A DNA stretch of 64,000 bases. It comes from Nitrososphaeria archaeon (GTDB taxonomy: Archaea > Thermoproteota > Nitrososphaeria > Nitrososphaerales > JAAOZN01). The translations under genes and the position numbers were made by a program. The notes beneath the pieces were generated by a model. That model searched no databases. It was not told the DNA's origin and saw nothing but the letters and a program-made list of their open reading frames with translations. This document shows positions 17,989-26,055 of this stretch, piece after piece (position 1 is the stretch's first letter; each line of letters opens with the position of its first letter). The stretch covers positions 64,001 to 128,000 of the forward strand of contig JARVJZ010000002.1 of NCBI GenBank assembly GCA_029775855.1, written 5' to 3'.

Positions 17989-18780
17989 ATGAGTGAAGAA
18001 GCTGAGATAGGAATAATCGGAGGCACAGGCGTCTACGACCCAGATATACTTGAAGAAGTTAGAGAAGTCAAAGTTTACACACCATACGGCCCTACATCAG
18101 ACCTAGTAACCTTAGGCACATACAAAGGTAGGAAAATAGCTTTCATACCACGACACGGCAAAGGTCATCGAATCCCACCACACCTAATAAACTACAGAGC
18201 TAACATCTGGGCTCTAAAAAGCCTAGGAGTAAAACGCATAATAGCACCCTCAGCCATAGGAAGCCTAAGAGAGCATATAGAGCCTGGGGACATAGTCATA
18301 CCAGACCAATTCATAGACCGAACCAAATCTAGACCAAGCACATTCTACGAAGGTCAGAGAATATGCCACATATCAACAGCAGACCCCTTCTGCCCAGAGC
18401 TAAGAAAAATCGCGGCTGAATCAGCAAAGAAACTCGGTTTCAAAGTGCACGAAAGTGGAACATATGTATGCATAGAAGGGCCGCGATTCTCAACAAGAGC
18501 CGAATCCAAAATGTTTAGAGCTTGGGGCGCTGATATCATAGGTATGACACTAGTACCTGAATGTGTTTTAGCGAGAGAGGCAGAGATCTGCTATGTTACT
18601 CTTGCAACTGTGACAGATTACGATGTCTGGGCAGATAAACCCGTTTCTGGAGCGGAAGTTATTGAGACGCTGCTTAAGAACATAGGTAAGGTTAAAAGTA
18701 TTCTTCTCGATATGATACCTACAATACCAGCCGAGCGCACCTGTCTCTGCAAAGACGCGCTTAAGGAGGCACTATATTAG
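17989..18780 (+). CDS. mtnP: S-methyl-5'-thioadenosine phosphorylase
   Basis: IGIIGGTG, PRHG, EGPRFSTRAES and TDYDVW motifs. Confidence 0.93.
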   Translation: MSEEAEIGIIGGTGVYDPDILEEVREVKVYTPYGPTSDLVTLGTYKGRKIAFIPRHGKGHRIPPHLINYRANIWALKSLGVKRIIAPSAIGSLREHIEPGDIVIPDQFIDRTKSRPSTFYEGQRICHISTADPFCPELRKIAAESAKKLGFKVHESGTYVCIEGPRFSTRAESKMFRAWGADIIGMTLVPECVLAREAEICYVTLATVTDYDVWADKPVSGAEVIETLLKNIGKVKSILLDMIPTIPAERTCLCKDALKEALY

Positions 18781-18879
18781 GTTCTTTGTTGTTGTGATTC
18801 GCACTATTTTATTAGCTTAAATCTCGAAAATTAAAAAAAGATGTGAGGATTGCGGCGTTAGATTACCACTTTCGATAGT

Positions 18880-18903
18880 ATATAACTGCGTTATATTTAA
18901 ATA
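18880..18903 (+). promoter_or_regulatory. perfect 7-3-7 palindrome overlapping the BRE/TATA of the small Zn-ribbon gene
   Basis: ATATAAC-tgc-GTTATAT runs into TTTAAATA (18896-18903). Confidence 0.45.
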
Positions 18904-18920
18904 GTTCACAAACTAATCCT

Positions 18921-19154
18921 ATGGTGATGCAAAATATCTACCAAAAAGAAAACATACACCAAGACGTTAAAAACAGAGACCAACCCATTATCCTTAATGA
19001 TAAAGGAGTATTTGGAGTATGCAGCTGTGGTGGCGATGTCATGTTTTACTCTAACAGAGGTGTTCTATGCACGAAATGTGGCAAACTCTACGGCATATGG
19101 CAGTATAGAAGAGGCAGAAAGAAGAATCCTTATAGGCTGCTGGAACAAGCTTAA
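18921..19154 (+). CDS. small Zn-ribbon protein
   Basis: CSC...CTKCG with a basic C-terminus; own TATA box. Confidence 0.65.
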   Translation: MVMQNIYQKENIHQDVKNRDQPIILNDKGVFGVCSCGGDVMFYSNRGVLCTKCGKLYGIWQYRRGRKKNPYRLLEQA

Positions 19155-19204
19155 ACTTAACCTCAACCATTAACGTTGCGGCGATGGCCTAGGAGTGTTA
19201 ATCC

Positions 19205-19537
19205 TTGTTAGTAGTAGATGCTGATAAAGTTAAGGAAGAAGATGTGCTGATGGAAGAAGCCAAAGGGACTACCATTCAGATCTTAATAAATAGACCGCCA
19301 GCGCCAAACTTCATAATGCGGAGATTCAGGATAAAACCCAACGGATATACTCCTTTACATTCACATGACTTTGAACACGAAGTATATGTTCTTCAAGGGG
19401 TAGGTGAAGTTTTGAACAACAAGCACCGTTATGCGATCAAATCAGGGTCGGTGATCTACATACCCCCCAATGAGGTTCACCAGTTTAGAAATGTAGGTGA
19501 AGAAGACTTAGTCTTTCTTTGCATAATTCCAGCTTAA
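19205..19537 (+). CDS. cupin-domain protein
   Basis: PLHSHDFEHEVYVLQG and IPPNEVHQF motifs. Confidence 0.9.
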   Translation: MLVVDADKVKEEDVLMEEAKGTTIQILINRPPAPNFIMRRFRIKPNGYTPLHSHDFEHEVYVLQGVGEVLNNKHRYAIKSGSVIYIPPNEVHQFRNVGEEDLVFLCIIPA

Positions 19538-19914
19538 ATCAACTTGAAACGCACACATGCACCCTCTCTATCGAAGACACCAATATCTTCTTCAGATCTA
19601 TATGGGTAAGTAGCTATCACCATAAGTCTGCCATAGAAGTTGTTCAAATCTTCTATCGATGGTTTAAGCACACCATTAGGATGGGAGTGAGCTAAACCGA
19701 CTATAGAGAGGTCTAGAGGTAAGGCATACGGTGAAAAAGAAGAGAATCCCTCCCCTTGTATCGAGTTAGGTGGTAGAATTAATTGTTCTACGTATATTGC
19801 ATCTTTCTTAACCCTCCCACGAAGCAGAAGAATACCTTCCATTGGATGAAGCGCTTTAAAGTAGTCCAGCATTCCTTTTATCACATCCTCTAATAAATAG
19901 ACCATCTTAGCCAT
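19534..19914 (-). CDS. JAB1/MPN+ (JAMM) metalloprotease
   Basis: PMEG plus HSHPNGVLKPSIED JAMM motif; start taken at ATG 19914. Confidence 0.85.
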   Translation of the reverse strand: MAKMVYLLEDVIKGMLDYFKALHPMEGILLLRGRVKKDAIYVEQLILPPNSIQGEGFSSFSPYALPLDLSIVGLAHSHPNGVLKPSIEDLNNFYGRLMVIATYPYRSEEDIGVFDREGACVRFKLI

Positions 19915-19965
19915 ATTTGTCGCACCAGTAACAAATTTAAGACACAAATGACTTATTATATAACT

Positions 19966-20544
19966 ATGAGCTATCAAGCAAAAGACTATAGTAGGCTACT
20001 TGGCACTCCAGGCTTCAGCGAACAGCTCCTCAAAAACCACTTTACACTCTACCAAGGCTACGTGAATAATACAAACAAACTTTCAGAGACCTTGAAGGCT
20101 ATGCTCAAGGAAGGTAAAGCAAATACACCAGAATACGCAGAGTTAAAGAGAAGATTCGGATGGGAATGGAATGGGATGAGACTACACGAATACTACTTCG
20201 ACAACATGGTAAACGGAGGAAAACCGCTTGACGCAAAATCAGAGCTTGCAAAGAAGATAAATGAAGACTTCGGAAGCTACGCTGATTGGGAGAAGGAGTT
20301 CAAAGCAACTGGTGTCGTAAGAGGAATAGGCTGGGTTGTTCTCTACTTAGACCCCGTATCAAATAAATTGTATAACTCTTGGATCAACGAGCACGACGTT
20401 GGACACCTAGCTGGATGCAAACTACTACTCGTAATGGATGTATTCGAGCATGCATTCATGATAGATTACGGATTGAAGCGAGCGGACTACATAGAAGCAT
20501 TCTTCAAAAACATAGATTGGAGTGTAGTAGCCTCAAGACTATGA
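19966..20544 (+). CDS. sod: Fe/Mn superoxide dismutase
   Basis: NHFTLYQGYV, LHEYYF and DVFEHAF metal ligands. Confidence 0.9.
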   Translation: MSYQAKDYSRLLGTPGFSEQLLKNHFTLYQGYVNNTNKLSETLKAMLKEGKANTPEYAELKRRFGWEWNGMRLHEYYFDNMVNGGKPLDAKSELAKKINEDFGSYADWEKEFKATGVVRGIGWVVLYLDPVSNKLYNSWINEHDVGHLAGCKLLLVMDVFEHAFMIDYGLKRADYIEAFFKNIDWSVVASRL

Positions 20545-20550
20545 GGTTCG

Positions 20551-21165
20551 TCAGGGAGACATCATAAACCTGACGAACTCTTCTTTTGTCCTTGGCTGAA
20601 GCGTATAGTTGTTTTTACGCTCGAAGCCTATAGTTGAGTAAGGTGATTGGCCGTAATCGTGTCCAGGGTATACTTTTATGCTATCATCTAGTTTTAGTAT
20701 TTTGTTGAATAGACTTTCGTAGAGGTCTTCTGCGCTTCCACCGCTTAGGTCTGTCCTTCCACATTCGCCTACAAATAGTGTGTCTCCTGTGAATAGGTTT
20801 CCTTCGAATAGGTAGCAAGTGCCGTCTGGGGAATGTCCGGGTGTGCTTAGTGCTGTTATTTTTGAGTTGCCTAATGTTATCTGCTCTCCGTCTTTGATGA
20901 TTTTGTCGAGTTTAACTTTAGCTCCTGTCCCTCCTACTGTTATGGCGTCTGTCTTCTTCTTTATCTGTTCGTTTCCTATGCAGTGGTCGTAGTGTGTATG
21001 CGTGTTTAATATGTATTTAATTTTAAGGTTTCTTGCCTCTGCTTCTTCTAACACCTTTTCGAGGTCCCACGAGGGGTCTATAACCGCGGCTTCTTTTGTA
21101 TCCTCATCCCAGATAAGGTAAGTAAAGTTCTGCATAGAGCCTACGAGTATCTGTAGCACACCCAA
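20551..21165 (-). CDS. metallo-beta-lactamase fold hydrolase (glyoxalase II/ETHE1-like)
   Basis: THTHYDH, TPGHS, GDTLF and PGHDY motifs. Confidence 0.9.
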   Translation of the reverse strand: MGVLQILVGSMQNFTYLIWDEDTKEAAVIDPSWDLEKVLEEAEARNLKIKYILNTHTHYDHCIGNEQIKKKTDAITVGGTGAKVKLDKIIKDGEQITLGNSKITALSTPGHSPDGTCYLFEGNLFTGDTLFVGECGRTDLSGGSAEDLYESLFNKILKLDDSIKVYPGHDYGQSPYSTIGFERKNNYTLQPRTKEEFVRFMMSP

Positions 21166-21166
21166 T

Positions 21167-21835
21167 TTACATCTCAGCCTCTGGAGGTATGCCTATTGGC
21201 GCTATAATCAATTTGCCTACAAACTTTTTGTTCTTAAACAGCCCTGGTTTGGCTTTATGGAAGGTTATTGTTAGGTCTGCTTTAACCGCTTTGCTCTGAA
21301 CTTCTCCTGTTGTGGGATCCAACCCTGATGGTATGTCAACTGAGACCTTGTATGCGTTTGAGCCGTTGATTAAGTCTATGGCTGTAGCAAAGGGTTCTCT
21401 AACTTCACCTTTTATTCCTGTGCCGAAGATAGCGTCTACTATCACGCTGCTACTGTCGAATAATTCTTTGCACCTTAGGAGCGTTTCTCGATTGTTAGCT
21501 TCAGCTGCTACGATGGAGCGTTGCATGTTTGAGATGATTTTCCAGTTTATAGCTGCTTCTTCGCCTTTTATCTCCTCTCCCTTACCCAGAAGAATCACCT
21601 TAACTTTCACGCCTCCGCTAGCTAGGTGACGGGCTGCGACAAATCCGTCTCCACCATTATTTCCAAGCCCAGCAACCACCAAAACACCTTTACTCAGATT
21701 AACAGTTGAGTCTAAGATGGCCTTGGCGACTGCACAGCCAGCGTTTTCCATTAAAAGTAGTCTTGATACACCTAAGGCAGCTGAGCGTTCCTCAACGATA
21801 CGCATCTGTTCAGGCGTTATAATATTGGTGCTCAA
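21167..21835 (-). CDS. nnrE: NAD(P)H-hydrate epimerase (stand-alone YjeF-N)
   Basis: LMENAG, GNNGGDG, VDAIFGTG and VDIPSG motifs; TTG 21835 follows SD AGGTGA. Confidence 0.9.
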   Translation of the reverse strand: MSTNIITPEQMRIVEERSAALGVSRLLLMENAGCAVAKAILDSTVNLSKGVLVVAGLGNNGGDGFVAARHLASGGVKVKVILLGKGEEIKGEEAAINWKIISNMQRSIVAAEANNRETLLRCKELFDSSSVIVDAIFGTGIKGEVREPFATAIDLINGSNAYKVSVDIPSGLDPTTGEVQSKAVKADLTITFHKAKPGLFKNKKFVGKLIIAPIGIPPEAEM

Positions 21836-21855
21836 TATACATTCACCTACTTTTA

Positions 21856-21938
21856 GGTCAGATCGTCGCGAGTTCTTCAACGTTCAGAGATTAGGGGTTG
21901 TCTCTGAACTCAGTCTGGAGCGGCGATCACTTCATCCC
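21856..21938 (-). ncRNA. box C/D 2'-O-methylation guide sRNA
   Basis: C AUGAAGU (21935-21929), D' CUGA (21913-21910), 9-bp hairpin, C' UUGAAGA (21880-21874), 12-nt guide, D CUGA (21861-21858). Both box pairs form K-turns and the guides match conserved 23S sequences. Confidence 0.72.
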
Positions 21939-22804
21939 ACTTGTTTTTGACCGCTGCTCTTATAAAGGTTGATGTTGAAGATTTTTTGTAGGATTTTTTG
22001 GCTGTGGTTTTCAGCGACTACTTGTATATTGTGGTAAGTGTCTTCGCTGAAATGTTGTGTCGCCTCATCTACTATTTCTATCATCTTCTGCTGGTATTCG
22101 TGTAGAGGATATAGACAGTCCTCGAGTTTTTTGCGTAAATGTATGTTCTTTTGGTTTAAGAGCGGTTTTATACAGAAGGGCACTTTTAGATTAGCTGTTA
22201 GGAAGAGAGCTTTTGCAGAAGGGTTATGCTCCACTATCTTCCAGAGGCTTATGTCCAAGCCTTCGTCTAGTAGATGTTCAGCATACTTCAGTTGATCCTC
22301 TTTGAAGTTGTGTTCATAGAGAAGTTTGGTTGCTTCATAGTCTTTTACTGCTATTGAAGTTAGGTAGGTTAAGTCGAGCAGATATTCTTCAGGTAGTTTA
22401 AGGCATCTTTTTAGCTTTTGATACGCTGGGGGAAGTGGTATGACATAGTAGCGGAGCTCGCCGTGCAACACGGTGTGAGCTACCTCGTGTCTTATGCAAG
22501 CATCGACTAAGATAGAGGTTAGGGTGCTGAGCTTCTCTATGCTGATAATTATGCTCGGTAAGCCTGTCCAAGCGTGGTGGTATGCGTAAAATTCTTCGTC
22601 GTAACCACTTGATTTTACACCCGCAGCTTGGGCTTGTGAGGATAGGAAGGCTAATGCTTCGCTGCTTCTCTGGAAGATGTTCACTTCAACCGCTTCTAGG
22701 TTGGTGGGTTGAAGAGTTCCATAGCATTCTTTGATAACTTTTACTATATGTTCAACATCGTCTTGAGGAACACCTTTAGATCTTACGAATAGTTTAGGGA
22801 TCAT
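21932..22804 (-). CDS. hypothetical protein with an HExxH zincin motif
   Basis: IRHEVAHTVLH with a downstream KDYE. Confidence 0.65.
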   Translation of the reverse strand: MIPKLFVRSKGVPQDDVEHIVKVIKECYGTLQPTNLEAVEVNIFQRSSEALAFLSSQAQAAGVKSSGYDEEFYAYHHAWTGLPSIIISIEKLSTLTSILVDACIRHEVAHTVLHGELRYYVIPLPPAYQKLKRCLKLPEEYLLDLTYLTSIAVKDYEATKLLYEHNFKEDQLKYAEHLLDEGLDISLWKIVEHNPSAKALFLTANLKVPFCIKPLLNQKNIHLRKKLEDCLYPLHEYQQKMIEIVDEATQHFSEDTYHNIQVVAENHSQKILQKIFNINLYKSSGQKQVG

Positions 22805-23877
22805 CTTATCACTTTATGTGGCTCGCCGACTATTGGTATGCTTTCTCCACAGTTAGGGCACTTCTTAGATGGGGTTATAAAATAGCGTGTTACCGTGAAA
22901 CCGTATCGCTCTATCAAAAGGGTTTTACAGGTTGGGCAGTGAGTGTTTTCATACTCGTGTCCAGCTACATTTCCTATGTAGACAAAGTTTAAACCCACCT
23001 TTCTAGCTTCTTCTACTGCTGCTTCTAAGGTGGAGATTGGTGTTGGCGGTGTATTGAGCATCTTGTATGCTGGGTAGAATCTTGTGATGTGTAGAGGTGT
23101 ATCTTCGCCAGCACTTTCTCTAACTCTTCGAGCGATTTCCTTTACATCATCTATGTTGTCGTTTACATTAGGTATAAGCAGAAAAACAACTTCAACATGC
23201 AAACCAAGCTCCTTGGCTAAGCCTATGTTTCTCCAAATCGGTTCAGGGAAGGCGCCACAGAACCTTTTTACCACCTGTTCACTTCCCTTTATATCCACCT
23301 TTATGGCATCCATACCAGCTTCAACTAGCAAGCGTAGGGCTTCTGCGCTCATATACCCATTACTTACATAGTGGCAGTATAGTCCACGCTTCTTAGCGAG
23401 GGGGAAGACATCAAGAGCATATTCGAAGAATAGAGTCGGCTCATTAAATGAGAAGGATATTCCTTGACAACCCTCTTCCTCGGCTAACTTAACGAGAGCC
23501 TTGGGCTCTATGATCTCATCTGTTTGCTTAGGCTTCTTCTTGCTGATGCTGTAGTTCTGGCACCATGGGCAAGTGAAATTGCAGCTCCATGTGCCTATCG
23601 TTAACGCTTTACTGCCAGGCCAGTAGTGGTAGAAGGGTTTCTTCTCAATGGGGTTTATTGATATTGATGATATTGAGCCGTATGTTATTGTGTAGAGCTT
23701 ACCGGCTATATTGTATTTGGTTCCGCAGAAGCCTTTTCCTCCGTCTGGTATTAGGCATCTTCTCTCACAAGTGCAACACCTTACTTTGCTCTCACCTATT
23801 TTTTCAAATAGATGCGTTTCCTTTACGCTTGCCTTTCTTAAATTATCTGCCAGCAGTGATGTTGTCTTATTTAACAA
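22801..23877 (-). CDS. amrS: AmmeMemoRadiSam system radical SAM enzyme
   Basis: PIEKKPFYHY, CNFTCPWCQN, FNEPT and YIGNV...CPTC...CPNC motifs. Confidence 0.9.
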   Translation of the reverse strand: MLNKTTSLLADNLRKASVKETHLFEKIGESKVRCCTCERRCLIPDGGKGFCGTKYNIAGKLYTITYGSISSISINPIEKKPFYHYWPGSKALTIGTWSCNFTCPWCQNYSISKKKPKQTDEIIEPKALVKLAEEEGCQGISFSFNEPTLFFEYALDVFPLAKKRGLYCHYVSNGYMSAEALRLLVEAGMDAIKVDIKGSEQVVKRFCGAFPEPIWRNIGLAKELGLHVEVVFLLIPNVNDNIDDVKEIARRVRESAGEDTPLHITRFYPAYKMLNTPPTPISTLEAAVEEARKVGLNFVYIGNVAGHEYENTHCPTCKTLLIERYGFTVTRYFITPSKKCPNCGESIPIVGEPHKVIR

Positions 23878-23885
23878 GTTGCGTT

Positions 23886-24335
23886 CTAACCTTTTCTACT
23901 ACTTATTTTCAACCACCATTCAGGCACTCTTATGTCTGCTTTAACATCATAGAAGTCATAGGGTTTTATATCTAAGATCGGAGAGCCGTCATAAGCATCA
24001 AGCCCCTTAACCTTTAAAATATTGCCGCTTCTCTCAACAAGCTGCACTACACTTACACCTATTGGATTGGGTCTAGCTTTGCCTCTTGTGGCTAAGACAC
24101 CAACCAAAGGTATATCCTCTCTTCCTCTGGGATGCGTCTTTAGGATAGTGCGAAGTTGATTATCGAGCTTATGCATCCAGAAGATTACGATTATATGTGA
24201 ATATTCTTCAATACCATCTAGAGCTTCTGTATATTTAGGGTTAAGTTCGAGCAATGCATACCCCTCGTTTCTCTCACCTCTATCTTCGTCAAAATCTGAT
24301 CTTACGAAGCCTAAAGGATCTATACTAATCATCAA
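23886..24335 (-). CDS. tsaA: tRNA m6t6A37 methyltransferase TrmO/TsaA family
   Basis: GVLATR, RPNPIG and GLDAYDGSPILDIKPY motifs. Confidence 0.9.
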   Translation of the reverse strand: MMISIDPLGFVRSDFDEDRGERNEGYALLELNPKYTEALDGIEEYSHIIVIFWMHKLDNQLRTILKTHPRGREDIPLVGVLATRGKARPNPIGVSVVQLVERSGNILKVKGLDAYDGSPILDIKPYDFYDVKADIRVPEWWLKISSRKG

Positions 24336-24408
24336 TTAGCTTGATTGTATTCTATCTACTTAACTGTAACCCTAAAGGCTTTAGGCAAGCATAGCGTATA
24401 AAATACTT

Positions 24409-24984
24409 GTGGAAAGAGCAAACTCGCTACCGATAGGGCAACGCTATATTAACCGATTTATAATATATTCAGCGTTAGGCACACCCTATGTAGACCTTCA
24501 AAAGTGGAGACTTACTATCGATGGAGAAGTTGAACAAACCCTAACTCTAACATACAAAGAGCTGCTTTCACAACAAAGCTGGTGCGAAGTTATAAGAGAC
24601 TTTCACTGCGTCACCAAGTGGAGCGTGCCTTCGGTTAAATTCGAAGGTGTTAAGCTTAAAACTTTAATCGCAAAGGCCAGACCTAAACCCGCTGCTAAGT
24701 ATGTGTTATTCGGCTGCTTAGACGGCTACACCACTGTTGTGCCTATTGAAGACGCTCTTTCAGATGCTGCTCTTATAGCGCTGAAGATAGATGGGCAGCC
24801 TCTTAGAATAGAGCAAGGCTTTCCCGCAAGACCATTTATACCGCATTTATATGCTTGGAAAAGCGCCAAGTGGCTTCACCTTATAAGGATTCTTAGAGAA
24901 TATGTCGATGGCTATTGGGAGGCCAGAGGTTATCACGAAAGGGGAAATGTGTGGAGTGAAGAAAGGTTCAAAAAAGAAATATAG
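24409..24984 (+). CDS. sulfite oxidase-like molybdopterin oxidoreductase (YuiH-like)
   Basis: DFHCVTKWS, GFPAR, YAWKSAKW and GYWEARGYH motifs. Confidence 0.9.
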   Translation: MERANSLPIGQRYINRFIIYSALGTPYVDLQKWRLTIDGEVEQTLTLTYKELLSQQSWCEVIRDFHCVTKWSVPSVKFEGVKLKTLIAKARPKPAAKYVLFGCLDGYTTVVPIEDALSDAALIALKIDGQPLRIEQGFPARPFIPHLYAWKSAKWLHLIRILREYVDGYWEARGYHERGNVWSEERFKKEI

Positions 24985-25022
24985 ATAAGATAGATCTACT
25001 ATATAGACAAATAGATTGAAGA

Positions 25023-26018
25023 TTGGAACTTAGAAGAGCACAAGAGATGGGCGGTGGAACACTTCTAGTATCTCTACCAAAAGACTGGGTTCGAAAAAAT
25101 AACATAACCAGAGGAAGCCTACTCGCATTAGAAGCAACTCCGGGAGGAGGGCTCATAATCTTTCCAGCTTCCGAGTCTGAAAAGAAACCTAAGGAGATCC
25201 TTCTAACCTACCCCGCTCAATATATGAGGAGGTTGATAAATCTAATAACAGGTTCATACCTCCTCGGCTTCGACATAATAAAGATTGTAAGTAGAGAAAG
25301 GATACCTTATGAAGATGCACAAGCCATGAAGAAGGCTATACGCCAACTCGTAGGGTTAGAGATAGTTGAAGAAGACACAAAGTCTATAACGGCGCAGTTT
25401 CTCCTTGAAACAACAGCTTTAGACCCTGAGAAGATCTTCAGACGGATGCATCTCATCACCATGGGTATGTTACCCGATGCTGTTCAAGCTTTGATGCAAG
25501 GAGATACGCTTCTAAAGAGATCTGTTTCTGAGAGAGATGATGAGGTTGACCGCCTCTACTTTTTACTCGTCAGAGTGGTCAGAACGGCTGCGATGGATAA
25601 CAAGCTAGCCGCTAAACTTAAACTTTCAACTATAGACTGCTTGGACTATAGGCTCTCAGCTTACCTACTTGAAGCGATAGGGGATACTGCTGAAGATATA
25701 GCCAAGTCTTCGATAGTCTCCATTGTAAACACTTTAGGTTCTACTGAAAAGGAAGCAACTTCAAATATCTTAAAAATACTCGGCATGATGCAGGAATCTG
25801 CTGTCAGAGCTTTTCTATCTAAAAATTCTGAGGAGGGTAGGCACGTAGTGCAGCTATATGAAGATGTGGTAGAGGAAATAGCTAAGCTTGAGAGCTCTAT
25901 AGGAAGTAACGAGAATGCTTCGGCAATCTCACGGGTATCATCCAGCTTTTCAAGAATAGCACGGTATGATGTTGATATAGCTGACTTAGCATACCCTATG
26001 TATCCTTTAGTCAAGTAA
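25023..26018 (+). CDS. archaeal PhoU-family regulator with an N-terminal AbrB domain
   Basis: GGGTLLVSLPKDW and ERDDEVDRLYFL motifs. Confidence 0.88.
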   Translation: MELRRAQEMGGGTLLVSLPKDWVRKNNITRGSLLALEATPGGGLIIFPASESEKKPKEILLTYPAQYMRRLINLITGSYLLGFDIIKIVSRERIPYEDAQAMKKAIRQLVGLEIVEEDTKSITAQFLLETTALDPEKIFRRMHLITMGMLPDAVQALMQGDTLLKRSVSERDDEVDRLYFLLVRVVRTAAMDNKLAAKLKLSTIDCLDYRLSAYLLEAIGDTAEDIAKSSIVSIVNTLGSTEKEATSNILKILGMMQESAVRAFLSKNSEEGRHVVQLYEDVVEEIAKLESSIGSNENASAISRVSSSFSRIARYDVDIADLAYPMYPLVK

Positions 26019-26055
26019 ACTAAAGACTTAATTTTATGCCAGTAAAGAGACTGGT

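Noticed and set aside
21861-21931. Plus-strand H/ACA RNA reading of the hairpin
   Set aside because: It ends in ACU rather than ACA, the pocket-to-box distance is about 19 nt, and there is no K-turn on that strand; the minus-strand C/D reading fits better.
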